This document shows positions 1-7,907 of a stretch of DNA of 62,895 bases, piece by piece (position 1 is the first letter of the stretch; the number at the start of each line of letters is the position of its first letter). The notes beneath the pieces were generated by a model. The model saw only the letters and a list, made by a program, of their open reading frames with translations. It had not been told where the DNA came from and searched no databases. Made by a program: the position numbers and the translations under genes. Origin of the DNA: Chitinophagales bacterium (GTDB lineage Bacteria; Bacillota; UBA5301; DYFA01); assembly GCA_050260095.1 (NCBI GenBank), contig JBLNBQ010000180.1:1-62895 (forward strand), read 5' to 3'.

Positions 1-386
1 CTGGGGACCTGCCGCTTGAACGATTTCATGTGGATGCCGGCCCGGTAACCCACGCTGCCGCGGACCAGGATGGTGCCGCCCCGCATGGCGTAGCCCATCA
101 CGTCGCCCGCCGAGCCGTGGATGACCACCCGGCCTCCGTTCATGGTGTTGCCCACGCCGTCCTGCGCGTTGCCGTAGACGGTCACCCGCGGGCCGTCCAT
201 GAAGGCGGCCAGGTCGTTGCCGGCGACGCCGTGGACCTGAATCTCCACCTGGTCGACCAGTCCGGTGCCCAAGTACCGGTGGCCGTTCACGCCCGACAGG
301 GTGAACTCCCGCACTCCCTCGGCAATGCCCCGGCGGACCTGCGCGTTGAGTTCACGGTACCCGAGCCCGTTCGCCTTGATCTCCAT
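1..386 (-). CDS. Glutamate synthase GXGXG-domain subunit (archaeal-type GltB domain 3); C-terminal end cut by the window edge
   Basis: Manual reverse translation from the ATG at 386 gives MEIKANGLGYRELNAQVRRGIAEGVREFTLSGVNGHRYLG...GDVMGYAMRGGTILVRGSVGYRAGIHMKSFKRQVP. The repeated Gly-rich GXGXG pattern is typical of the glutamate synthase alpha-subunit C-terminal domain. The gene starts 5 nt after the stop of the FMN subunit. Confidence 0.8.
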   Translation of the reverse strand, partial: MEIKANGLGYRELNAQVRRGIAEGVREFTLSGVNGHRYLGTGLVDQVEIQVHGVAGNDLAAFMDGPRVTVYGNAQDGVGNTMNGGRVVIHGSAGDVMGYAMRGGTILVRGSVGYRAGIHMKSFKRQVP

Positions 387-391
387 CGCCG

Positions 392-1897
392 CTACCTCCC
401 CGCCGGTTTGACGCCCATGATCTCCATGGCCGTCGCGTCGAGGCCGACCGCCCTAAGCCGCTCCCGGCTCCCCCGCAGGCTCTCGATCGCGTTGAGGCCG
501 AGCGCCCCGAGGATCTCCTTGAGTTCCAGGGACCAGGCCTTGACCAGGTTGGTCAGCCGTTCAGCCGCCACCTCCGGCTCAAGCCGCCGGACGAGTTCGG
601 AACGCTGGGTGGCGATCCCCCACGAGCAGTTGCCGGTGTGGCACCTCTGGCAGAGATGGCAGCCCATCGCCACGAGGGCCGCAGTGCCGATCGCGCAGAA
701 GTCGGCGCCCAAAGCGATTGCCTTGGCCACGTCGGCCGAGGAACGGATCCCGCCGGCGACGATGATCGAGGCGCGGTTGCGGATCCCCTCCTGGCGCAGG
801 CGGTCGTCGACCGCGGCGAGCGCCAGTTCGATCGGGATGCCGACGTGGTCCCGGATGACGGTGGGCGCAGCCCCGGTGCCGCCCCGGAACCCGTCGAGGT
901 ACAGGTAGTCGGCCCCCGCCCGGACCACCCCGGAGGCGATGGCAGCCACGTTATGCACGGCCGCGATCTTCACGCCCACCGGCTTCTCGTAACGGGTGGC
1001 TTCTTTCAAGGCGGCGATGAGCTGGGCGAGGTCTTCGATGGAGTAGATGTCATGGTGCGGCGCCGGCGAGAGGCAGTCGGTGCCGACCGGTACCATCCGG
1101 GTCTCGGAGATCTCGTGGGGAACCTTCTCGCCGGGAAGATGACCCCCGATGCCGGGTTTGGCGCCCTGCCCGATCTTGATCTCCACCGCCGCGCCGGTGT
1201 GCAGGTACTCCGGGGTGACGCCGAAGCGGCCCGAGGCCACCTGGATCACCACGTTGCTGGCGTAGGGGTAGAGGTCCTTGTGCAGGCCGCCCTCGCCGGT
1301 GTTCATCAGGATGCCGCAGGCCCGGGCCGCCATTGCCAGCGCCTTGTGGGCGTTGAGGCTGATGGAGCCGAAGGACATGGCGGCGAAGAGGAGAGGCGTC
1401 TCCAGGGTCAACTGCGGCCCCAGCTCGGTCTCGAGCTTGAGTTCGCCCGCCGGCCCGGTGGTGACCTCGAGACTCTCCGGCTTGCTGCCGAGGTAGGTGC
1501 GCAGCTCCATCGGCTCCCGGAGCGGGTCGATCGACGGGTTGGTCACCTGGCAGGCGTCGAGCAACAGATGATCGAAGTAGCTCGGGTAGGGCTTGTCGTT
1601 GCCCATCGAGGAGAGCAGCATCCCCCCCGACTCCGCCTGCCGCCAGATCGCCTTGCGGTGCTCCTCAGTCCAATGGGCGTTGTAGCGCAGGGCCGTCGGG
1701 TTGCGCTCGATGGTGATGGCGCCTTCCGGGCAGAAAGTGGCGCAGCGATGGCAACCAACGCACTTGCGATCGTCGGAGACCACGCGCTCCAGGAACTGAA
1801 GAGCGCCAAAGCCGCACGACATCACGCAGCGCTTGCACCGGCGGCAGCGCTGGTGGTCGACGCGGTGGAGGAACTCCGGCAGGACCAGGCTGTTCAC
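392..1897 (-). CDS. Glutamate synthase FMN-binding subunit (GltB domain 2) with N-terminal 4Fe-4S ferredoxin-type Cys clusters
   Basis: 501-aa ORF. N-terminus has CRRCKRCVMSCGF and CVGCHRCATFCPEG ferredoxin motifs. The rest has a TIM-barrel FMN region (GEGG, IKIGQGAKPGIGGHLPG, SPAPHHDIYSIEDLAQLI). It overlaps the upstream amidotransferase gene by 4 nt. Confidence 0.88.
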   Translation of the reverse strand: MNSLVLPEFLHRVDHQRCRRCKRCVMSCGFGALQFLERVVSDDRKCVGCHRCATFCPEGAITIERNPTALRYNAHWTEEHRKAIWRQAESGGMLLSSMGNDKPYPSYFDHLLLDACQVTNPSIDPLREPMELRTYLGSKPESLEVTTGPAGELKLETELGPQLTLETPLLFAAMSFGSISLNAHKALAMAARACGILMNTGEGGLHKDLYPYASNVVIQVASGRFGVTPEYLHTGAAVEIKIGQGAKPGIGGHLPGEKVPHEISETRMVPVGTDCLSPAPHHDIYSIEDLAQLIAALKEATRYEKPVGVKIAAVHNVAAIASGVVRAGADYLYLDGFRGGTGAAPTVIRDHVGIPIELALAAVDDRLRQEGIRNRASIIVAGGIRSSADVAKAIALGADFCAIGTAALVAMGCHLCQRCHTGNCSWGIATQRSELVRRLEPEVAAERLTNLVKAWSLELKEILGALGLNAIESLRGSRERLRAVGLDATAMEIMGVKPAGR

Positions 1898-3006
1898 GCG
1901 ACTTCCTCCTCCATCAGCACTTCAGCATCCATCTCGGCCACGATCGGCTCTCCCCCGCGGGCGTACCAGAGCCGGTCGACGGACGGGCAGATCTCTCGGA
2001 TGGCCGCTTCCTCGCTCGCCATGTAGACCATGTCCCCGTGCTCGGCGGCCACCATCGGCCGCAGTTTGATGCGGTCGTTCAGGCCGATCATCCCGGCCCG
2101 GTTGGCGACGATGATGCTGAACGGCCCGTTGAGCAGGGCGGAACCGTAGACCATGCGCAGGGCCCGCATCGCCTTGGCTTCCTCGGGCGGGCACGCGTCG
2201 ATCTCGTTCCAGAAGGGCGCCGCCAACACCAGGGAGGCAGCCTTGAAGGGGAGACCGTGACGCCGCTGGAGCAGGTCGAAGAGGTAGGCGACCACCTCTG
2301 TGTCGGTTCCCAGGCGGCAGAGGTAACCGTTCATCTCAAGGTAGCGCTTGTTGATTCCGTAGGACGAAATCTCCCCGTTGTGCACGACCGTCCAGTCGAG
2401 GAGCCCGAAGGGATGGGCCCCGCCCCACCAGCCCGGGGTGTTGGTCGGGAAACGCCCGTGAGAGGTCCACAGGTAACCCTGGTACTCCTCGAGACGGTAG
2501 AACCGCCCGATGTCCTCGGGGTAGCCGACGCCTTTGAAGACCCCCATGTTCTTCCCGCTCGAAGCGACGAACGCGCCCCGGAACCGGTCGTGGATCTCCA
2601 TGACCGTCCCAACCACGAAGTCCTCTTCGGTGAGGTACTCGTTCTGTTCCAGCAGGCGTTCGGGCCGCACTTCGAGGAAGTAACGCCAGAGGAGAGGCGG
2701 ATCGGTGATGGAGGCGACCGGGCGCGTCTGAATCGTCTCCGCCCCGTGCACGATGAACCGCCGGCGCAAGTACTCCTCGACCTGGTCGCGGGCCGCCTCC
2801 GACTCGTACATCATGTGGAAAGCGTAGCACGACTTGAACTCGGGGTAGCAGCCGTAGACTGCGAACCCGCCGCCGAGGCCGTTGGAACGGTCATGCATCA
2901 CTGCGATGGACCGGATGATCGTCTCGCCGTCATGAAGGACACCGCGGCGGCTGATGAAGCCACTGATCGCGCAACCCGAGGGGATGCGCGGGTCAACCAG
3001 CCACAT
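1894..3006 (-). CDS. Class-II glutamine amidotransferase subunit of split glutamate synthase (GltB domain 1)
   Basis: MWLVDPRIPSGCAISGFISRRG... has a Cys nucleophile after a short propeptide, plus NGLGGGFAVYG and HGRFPTNTPGWWGGAHPF. Start chosen at the ATG at 3006, preceded by GGAGGGAG. The longer ORF start at 3075 lacks an RBS. Confidence 0.85.
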   Translation of the reverse strand: MWLVDPRIPSGCAISGFISRRGVLHDGETIIRSIAVMHDRSNGLGGGFAVYGCYPEFKSCYAFHMMYESEAARDQVEEYLRRRFIVHGAETIQTRPVASITDPPLLWRYFLEVRPERLLEQNEYLTEEDFVVGTVMEIHDRFRGAFVASSGKNMGVFKGVGYPEDIGRFYRLEEYQGYLWTSHGRFPTNTPGWWGGAHPFGLLDWTVVHNGEISSYGINKRYLEMNGYLCRLGTDTEVVAYLFDLLQRRHGLPFKAASLVLAAPFWNEIDACPPEEAKAMRALRMVYGSALLNGPFSIIVANRAGMIGLNDRIKLRPMVAAEHGDMVYMASEEAAIREICPSVDRLWYARGGEPIVAEMDAEVLMEEEVA

Positions 3007-3033
3007 TCCTACTCCCTCCTCTGGATCACGCTG

Positions 3034-3070
3034 AAAAAGCGTGCTCCGGGGTGGCCGCCCCGGAGCACGC
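3034..3070 (-). terminator. Intrinsic terminator/attenuator hairpin inside the glutamate synthase leader
   Basis: The minus strand reads GCGTGCTCCGGGG-CGGCCA-CCCCGGAGCACGC followed by TTTTT. The hairpin ends about 28 nt before the amidotransferase start codon, which leaves no room for a promoter between the hairpin and the RBS. Confidence 0.7.
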
Positions 3071-3261
3071 GCCAATAGGCCTTCGATGCGAGAGCGAGCT
3101 TCACCCAGCGGCCTACTCCCTACGCCCTGCTACGCCTTCCGGGGCCGCCGCTTTGCACGATGCAAAACGGCGTTCCACACTTCCCGGTATTGTATTCCGC
3201 CCCAGCAGGGTGATTCCTTCCCTTACCCGCATGAATACAAGATTCTTGGATAGCTAATCTC

Positions 3262-3903
3262 TTACAGTTGCCGGTTCGCCCTGGCCACGAACCAGGAGAC
3301 CGTGGCCAACCCCACCGCCAGGTCTTCGTTGCGCACGACGATGCCCGGCGGCACCTTGAGCGTGACCGGCGCGAAGTTCCAGATCCCGCGGACTCCGCCG
3401 GCTACCAGCGCGTTGGCGACCGCCTGCGCCGCCGGCGCGGGCACCGCGATGATGCCCAGCGTGATCTCGGAGCCCGCCAGGACCTCACCGATGCGCTCCA
3501 CCGAAAGAATTTCGGAGTCGCCGAGCTTCCGGCCGATGAGCTGCGGGTCGCTGTCGAACAGGGCCGCGATGCGCAGGCCGAACCGGTGGAAGCCGGGATA
3601 GTTATGGATGGCGCTCCCCAGCTTTCCGACGCCCACCAGGGCGGCGGAGGTCACCCTCTTCAGGCCCAGCACCGACTCGAGCGCGACGAGCAACTCGCCA
3701 ACCTGGTAGCCGATGCCGGGGCGCCCGCACTGGGAGATGAAGGTCAAGTCTTTGCGGACCTGCGCCGCGTCGACCCCGGCGCGCTTGCCCAGCTCGTCGG
3801 AGGAGATGACCTCCTTGCGGCTGTCGCGACACGCCTCGAGGATGCGGTAATAGAGGAACAACCGCTCCAGCGTAGGTTTGGGTATGGCAGGTGTCTGCTT
3901 CAC
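3262..3903 (-). CDS. rex: Redox-sensing transcriptional repressor Rex
   Basis: VKQTPAIPKPTLERLFLYYRIL...ISSDELGKRAGVDAAQVRKDL...GIGYQVGEL...ALVGVGKLGSAI matches the Rex winged-helix plus Rossmann pattern. GTG start at 3903 follows GGAGGGA. The upstream part of ORF 3262..4110 is Arg/Pro-rich and was discarded. Confidence 0.9.
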   Translation of the reverse strand: MKQTPAIPKPTLERLFLYYRILEACRDSRKEVISSDELGKRAGVDAAQVRKDLTFISQCGRPGIGYQVGELLVALESVLGLKRVTSAALVGVGKLGSAIHNYPGFHRFGLRIAALFDSDPQLIGRKLGDSEILSVERIGEVLAGSEITLGIIAVPAPAAQAVANALVAGGVRGIWNFAPVTLKVPPGIVVRNEDLAVGLATVSWFVARANRQL

Positions 3904-3986
3904 CGTTCGCTCCCTCCACTCACACCCGCAGGCCGGGCGCGGCCCTCTCTTTCCCTCCCGGCTTGACGGTTCCCAGGCGGCGCGAT

Positions 3987-4943
3987 ATGCTCCACAAAGA
4001 ACCTCTTTCGGAAAGGGGAGCCGGCGTGACTCGAGACAAGGCGCATTCCCGGGGCACCGTGCTGGTTCTGATCTCTGCGGCGGCCTTTGGCGCGCTCGCG
4101 ATCTTCGCAAAGCTGGCCTACGCGGTCGGGCTCACCGCCCTCACGGCGCTCAACTGGCGTTTCATCCTGGCCACCCTGTTAATGGCGGCTTACCTTGGGC
4201 TGACGGGCCGTTCCTGGCGGGTAAAGCCGCGGGAGGCGCTAACCCTGCTCGCCCTGGGCGGGCTGGGCTATGCGGCCCAATCGAGCCTCTTTTTCGCTTC
4301 GCTCCGGTATATCCCTGCCTCGGCCACCTCAATGTTGCTTTATACCTATCCGGCGCTGGTGTCGGTCCTCTCGTTCACCCTCTGGCGGACGCCGCTGGGC
4401 ACCCGGCACCTGCTGGCGCTCCTGGCAGCGGGAGCGGGGACCTTCCTGCTCCTCTGGAGCCCGAGTCTCCATCTCAACCCGGCCGGGACGGCCCTGGGGC
4501 TCGGCGCAGCGCTGGTCTACTCCTTCTACCTCCTGGCCAACCAACGCTTGGTAAGAGGTGTGGACGCCGCGGTCGCCTCCGCGTACATCATGGCCGGAAC
4601 GGCCGTGACCTTCACCCTGACGAACGTGGTGCAGGGGACGTTCACCTGTCGCCTCGGCCCCTCCGCCTGGCTGGCCGTGACCCTCATGGCGGCGATCTCA
4701 ACCAACATCGCCATCGTCACCCTCCTGGCGGGCATCCGCTACGTAGGGGCGGAGGCAGCCAGCGTCCTGTCCACGTTTGAGCCAGTCGTCACCGTCGCCT
4801 TGTCCGTCCTCTTCCTCGGTGAACGGCTCTCTGCCCCTCAGACCGTGGGGGGCCTGCTCATTGCGAGCGGGGTGGTTCTGCTCCACCTGCCAGTTCGCTC
4901 GCGCCCAGCGCCCGGACGCCCGGCTTCGCCTGTCCGGGCTTAG
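3987..4943 (+). CDS. EamA/DMT-family transporter
   Basis: About 10 hydrophobic helices with the typical EamA repeat (LISAAAFGALAIFAKLAY ... SVLSTFEPVVTVALSVLFLGERL). Start is uncertain: ATG at 3987, or GTG at 4026 which has the better RBS (AAAGGGGA). Confidence 0.8.
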   Translation: MLHKEPLSERGAGVTRDKAHSRGTVLVLISAAAFGALAIFAKLAYAVGLTALTALNWRFILATLLMAAYLGLTGRSWRVKPREALTLLALGGLGYAAQSSLFFASLRYIPASATSMLLYTYPALVSVLSFTLWRTPLGTRHLLALLAAGAGTFLLLWSPSLHLNPAGTALGLGAALVYSFYLLANQRLVRGVDAAVASAYIMAGTAVTFTLTNVVQGTFTCRLGPSAWLAVTLMAAISTNIAIVTLLAGIRYVGAEAASVLSTFEPVVTVALSVLFLGERLSAPQTVGGLLIASGVVLLHLPVRSRPAPGRPASPVRA

Positions 4944-6684
4944 GCGACGTCCCGCCGGACGCCGGCCGGCGTCCGAGTAGGAGAGCCGCGCCCGGGAGCA
5001 GCACGGCCGCCGGGAAGAGGAAGCCCAACTGCAGCAGGGCAGCCAACTGGAGGAACCCGATCTTGAACTCGGGCAGGAAGCGGACCACGGCGAAACCGTT
5101 GGCCACGTAGCCGGCTGCCACGACCACGAGCAGCCAGGCGGCCAAGCCGGCGACCAAGGCCAGCGCCAGGCTGGCGCTTTCCCCCCGCGGCCGCCGCTTC
5201 GCCACCAGCAGAAAGATGGCGCCGACCGCAGTGAGCGCCAGGTATTCCGGCAAGGCGAACAGGCGGAGGAAATCGAGCACGGACGTGCCGGGCAGCGCGC
5301 CCAGCGACCAGACGTGGCCCGTGAGGAACTGATAGCCGAGGGCGTCCAGGCCGAGGACCAGCGTCGAAGCGGCCAACCCGGCCCCCATCTGCCCTGTGAG
5401 GCGCGCCACCACCAATCCGAGCAGCACCAGCCCCAGGCCGAGCGGAAGCCGCCTGAGCCGGGCAAGCCAGACGGTCCAGGCGCGCCGGCGATTCAAGTCG
5501 CCAAGCAGTTGGGCGTGCGACGCCTCGGCCCGGGCGATCGCCTCGCCGAACCGCCCCTGCAAATAGAGGTTGTGCGCCTCGCCGGCCTCTCCTGCGGCCT
5601 CCTCGACCACCCGGTCGATGCGCCCCGCCTTGCGACCCTGCAGCGCCCCGAAGTACGCCTTGGCGTACTCCACGGTTTCGGCGCTCTGCACGACCAACCA
5701 GGCGGCGCGTTGGGGTTCGGAGGCGGAGAGGGCGTCCCAGCGGGGGTCGCCCGAGGCTTCCAGAGGCGGCGCGATGCCGAGCAGGGCCGCCACCGTCGGG
5801 GCGGTCGCTATGACCTCCCCGACCTGCAGCCGCCCGGGCCGGATCCCCCGGCCCACCGCCACCCAGGGCACCGTGAGCACGTCGGCTTCCCCGCCGCCGT
5901 GGCCGCTGCCGCCCCCGTTGTTGTGGGCCAGATGCCCGTGGTCGGCCGTCACCAGAAGCGTATCCTTGGACCAGTCGAGGAGGGCGGCGATCTGCCTGAG
6001 CCGGTCGTCGGCCTCGCGGGCCGCCTGAAGATACCTGGGGCTGGCGCCCCCGTAGCGATGCCCCGCGTCGTCGACGCCGCAGAGGTGGATCAGGGTGAAG
6101 TCGGCCTTATCCTGTCTTAAGGTCTGAAGGGCGTCGGCCAGCACGAGGCGGTCGAAGGTCGGGCTATGGGTGGCCGCGTCGGGATACAGGTAAGGGTAGT
6201 CGATCCGGCCGTCGGAGATCTCGCCCCACCACTCGTCGCCCACGACGGCGGAACGGAGCCCGGCCGCCCGGAGGCGCTGGAAGAGGTGGTCGGTCGCAAC
6301 GGGGCCGGAATGGGCGTTGAGGGTCACCCCGTGCACTTCCGGCCATGCGCCGGTGAGCAGGGTGGCGTACCCTGGCTTGGAGAAGGAGGGCGTGCGCGTC
6401 ATGAACTCGGTCCACGCCCCCTGGCGCCGCAGGGACGAGAGGAAAGGCATCTGCTGCGAGACGTCGTTGCGCAGGCCGTCGACCACCACGAGCACCACCC
6501 GGCCGGTCAACGGCTCGAGGGGGGGCAGCCTGTTCCAGGCGGGCTCGGTGCCGGCCCCATACGGGCTGCGGTACTTCTCCAGCGAAGCCTGGCTGTAGCT
6601 GGCCAGCCGGAGCGCCCCCGCCGAAAACGCGCCCAATACCAGGATCAGCATCACCGGAAGCGCCGCCTTGCGCCACACGGTCAT
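4858..6684 (-). CDS. Alkaline-phosphatase-superfamily (nucleotide pyrophosphatase/phosphodiesterase-like) protein with N-terminal anchor and polytopic C-terminal membrane domain
   Basis: VVDGLRNDV, SFSKPGYATLLTGAWPEVHGV, HLCGVDDAGHRYG and VTADHGH are metal- and nucleophile-site motifs of the AP superfamily. The C-terminal ~230 aa contain several hydrophobic helices. The 3' end overlaps the convergent EamA gene. Confidence 0.72.
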   Translation of the reverse strand: MTVWRKAALPVMLILVLGAFSAGALRLASYSQASLEKYRSPYGAGTEPAWNRLPPLEPLTGRVVLVVVDGLRNDVSQQMPFLSSLRRQGAWTEFMTRTPSFSKPGYATLLTGAWPEVHGVTLNAHSGPVATDHLFQRLRAAGLRSAVVGDEWWGEISDGRIDYPYLYPDAATHSPTFDRLVLADALQTLRQDKADFTLIHLCGVDDAGHRYGGASPRYLQAAREADDRLRQIAALLDWSKDTLLVTADHGHLAHNNGGGSGHGGGEADVLTVPWVAVGRGIRPGRLQVGEVIATAPTVAALLGIAPPLEASGDPRWDALSASEPQRAAWLVVQSAETVEYAKAYFGALQGRKAGRIDRVVEEAAGEAGEAHNLYLQGRFGEAIARAEASHAQLLGDLNRRRAWTVWLARLRRLPLGLGLVLLGLVVARLTGQMGAGLAASTLVLGLDALGYQFLTGHVWSLGALPGTSVLDFLRLFALPEYLALTAVGAIFLLVAKRRPRGESASLALALVAGLAAWLLVVVAAGYVANGFAVVRFLPEFKIGFLQLAALLQLGFLFPAAVLLPGAALLLGRRPASGGTSPKPGQAKPGVRALGASELAGGAEPPRSQ

Positions 6685-6738
6685 CGCCCCCTCTGCCTTT
6701 CCCCGCATTTCGCCGGGCGGGGGCGCCCCTCCTGCCGC

Positions 6739-7200
6739 TTACAGAATGGGACCTCCCCCACCGGGAACCGCCGGCCGGACCTCATAGGTCGCCACGGCCA
6801 CCCCGGCCTGGGTGGGGTCGGCCCCGCCGGGGAGCCGGGCCAGGGCCACCACCACCACCTGCTCGGAGCCGAGCGGCGGCGCCGCTACGAAGGAGTAGGC
6901 CGAGGTTCCCGGCACGGTGCGGGTCACCCCCGCATGCAGCAGGTTATCCTCTTCCCACACGTTGGGGAAGACCTGCTTCATCTCCCCGGCAGCCGAAACG
7001 TTGTAGACCCAGACGTAGGCGTCCCGGTCCACCGTAAGGCGCAGTTCGACCCGCTCGCCGATATGATATATTCCATGCGCCGCCCCGGTCTCCACCACGA
7101 TCCCCACGGGACCGCCTCCGGCCGGCGCTTCCGCCGTGGCCGCCGGCGACAGTGCGAGGACCGACAACAACCCGAGCAGAAGGAGGAAACGACGCCACAC
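6739..7200 (-). CDS. Secreted DUF4384-like protein
   Basis: Signal peptide VWRRFLLLLGLLSVLALSPAATAEA, then YHIGERVELRLTVDRDAYVWVYNVSAAGEMKQVFPN. GTG start at 7200 lies 8 nt after AAGGAGG. Confidence 0.55.
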   Translation of the reverse strand: MWRRFLLLLGLLSVLALSPAATAEAPAGGGPVGIVVETGAAHGIYHIGERVELRLTVDRDAYVWVYNVSAAGEMKQVFPNVWEEDNLLHAGVTRTVPGTSAYSFVAAPPLGSEQVVVVALARLPGGADPTQAGVAVATYEVRPAVPGGGGPIL

Positions 7201-7316
7201 AGCACACACCTCCTTTGCCAGTTTGCGGCAAGTGAGGCGCAAATATGCCAATGGCGGAAGGAAAATCCGCGCTCAGCGCCAAGGAATAGCAGAAATCCTG
7301 CTTAGGAGGGTAGCCT

Positions 7317-7907
7317 GTGGATCGATCCCGAATCTTCGACCTGCGGAGCCTGGCCGCCGTGGCCCTCTTCGCCGCGGTGATCGGCGTCTTGGCCTTCGTC
7401 TCCCTGCCCTTGCCTTTCAGCCCGGTTCCCCTCTCCGGCCAAAGCTTCGGCGTCATGCTGGCCGGCGCGCTGCTGGGTCCCCGCCGCGGACCGCTGGCCG
7501 TCGCCGCGTACCTGCTCCTGGGCGTGTGCGGCCTGCCGGTCTTCGCCGGCGGCAAGGCCGGCCCAGGGGTCCTTACGGGCCCCACCGGCGGCTACCTGTG
7601 GGGGTTCGTCCTGGGTTCCGCGGTGACGGGGGCCCTGGCGGGGGTCCATAGGGAACGTCCCGCCTGGCAGACCTTGAGCGGACTGATCCTCGGCGGAATC
7701 GTGGCCGTCTATGCGCTGGGCGTGACGCAACTCGCCGCGGTGGCGGGGCTGTCCCTCCGCCAGGCAGTGGCCGCGGGAGTGCTCCCCTTCCTCCCCGGCG
7801 ACCTAGTCAAGGCCGTCGCGGCGGCCGCGGTGGTTCGGCGCCCTTCCATGCGCCTGATGGTGCGCGACTATTTCGGCGGGCAGGCTATTCCGCCGCCTGC
7901 TGCGTGA
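7317..7907 (+). CDS. bioY: Biotin transporter BioY (ECF S-component)
   Basis: PLPFSPVPLSGQSFGVMLAGALLGPRRG...LLLGVCGLPVFAGGKAGPGVLTGPTGGYLWGF is the characteristic BioY core. RBS AGGAGGG lies upstream of the GTG at 7317. Confidence 0.9.
   Translation: MDRSRIFDLRSLAAVALFAAVIGVLAFVSLPLPFSPVPLSGQSFGVMLAGALLGPRRGPLAVAAYLLLGVCGLPVFAGGKAGPGVLTGPTGGYLWGFVLGSAVTGALAGVHRERPAWQTLSGLILGGIVAVYALGVTQLAAVAGLSLRQAVAAGVLPFLPGDLVKAVAAAAVVRRPSMRLMVRDYFGGQAIPPPAA

Noticed and set aside
638-2026. Very long ORFs on the opposite strand or in an alternative frame of recognisable genes. Examples: 638..2026(+), 2038..3078(+), 16188..17873(-), 35102..36952(+), 38887..41259(+), 46252..47997(+), 48100..49422(-), 48222..49751(+), 48990..50672 upstream part, 50996..52030(-), 56701..57852(+), 59851..61290(+).
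   Set aside because: Their translations are Arg/Pro/Gly/Ala/His-rich low-complexity strings with no motifs. Each one completely overlaps a gene with unmistakable family signatures. Stop-poor antisense frames are the expected artefact of ~70% GC DNA.
3071-3261. Assigning the glutamate synthase leader to a known class (T-box, glutamine riboswitch glnA-RNA, ANTAR target, TnrA/GlnR box, Rex box).
   Set aside because: Only partial look-alikes are present: GGGAAGTGTGGAACGCC versus the glnA-RNA GGAAGUAGG...GGAACGC, and TGGGTGAAGCTCGC versus the T-box core. The pairing partner strands, the specifier/AGAGA elements, the dual hexaloops and the TGTNA-N7-TNACA or TTGTGAA palindromes are all absent. I therefore report it only as an unclassified attenuator.
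7201-7316. A BirA/BioQ-type operator upstream of bioY.
   Set aside because: No TGTAAACC/GGTTTACA-like or TGAAC-N3-GTTCA palindrome is present in the 116-nt upstream region. Only a short hairpin (GCAGAAATCCTGC) lies next to the RBS.
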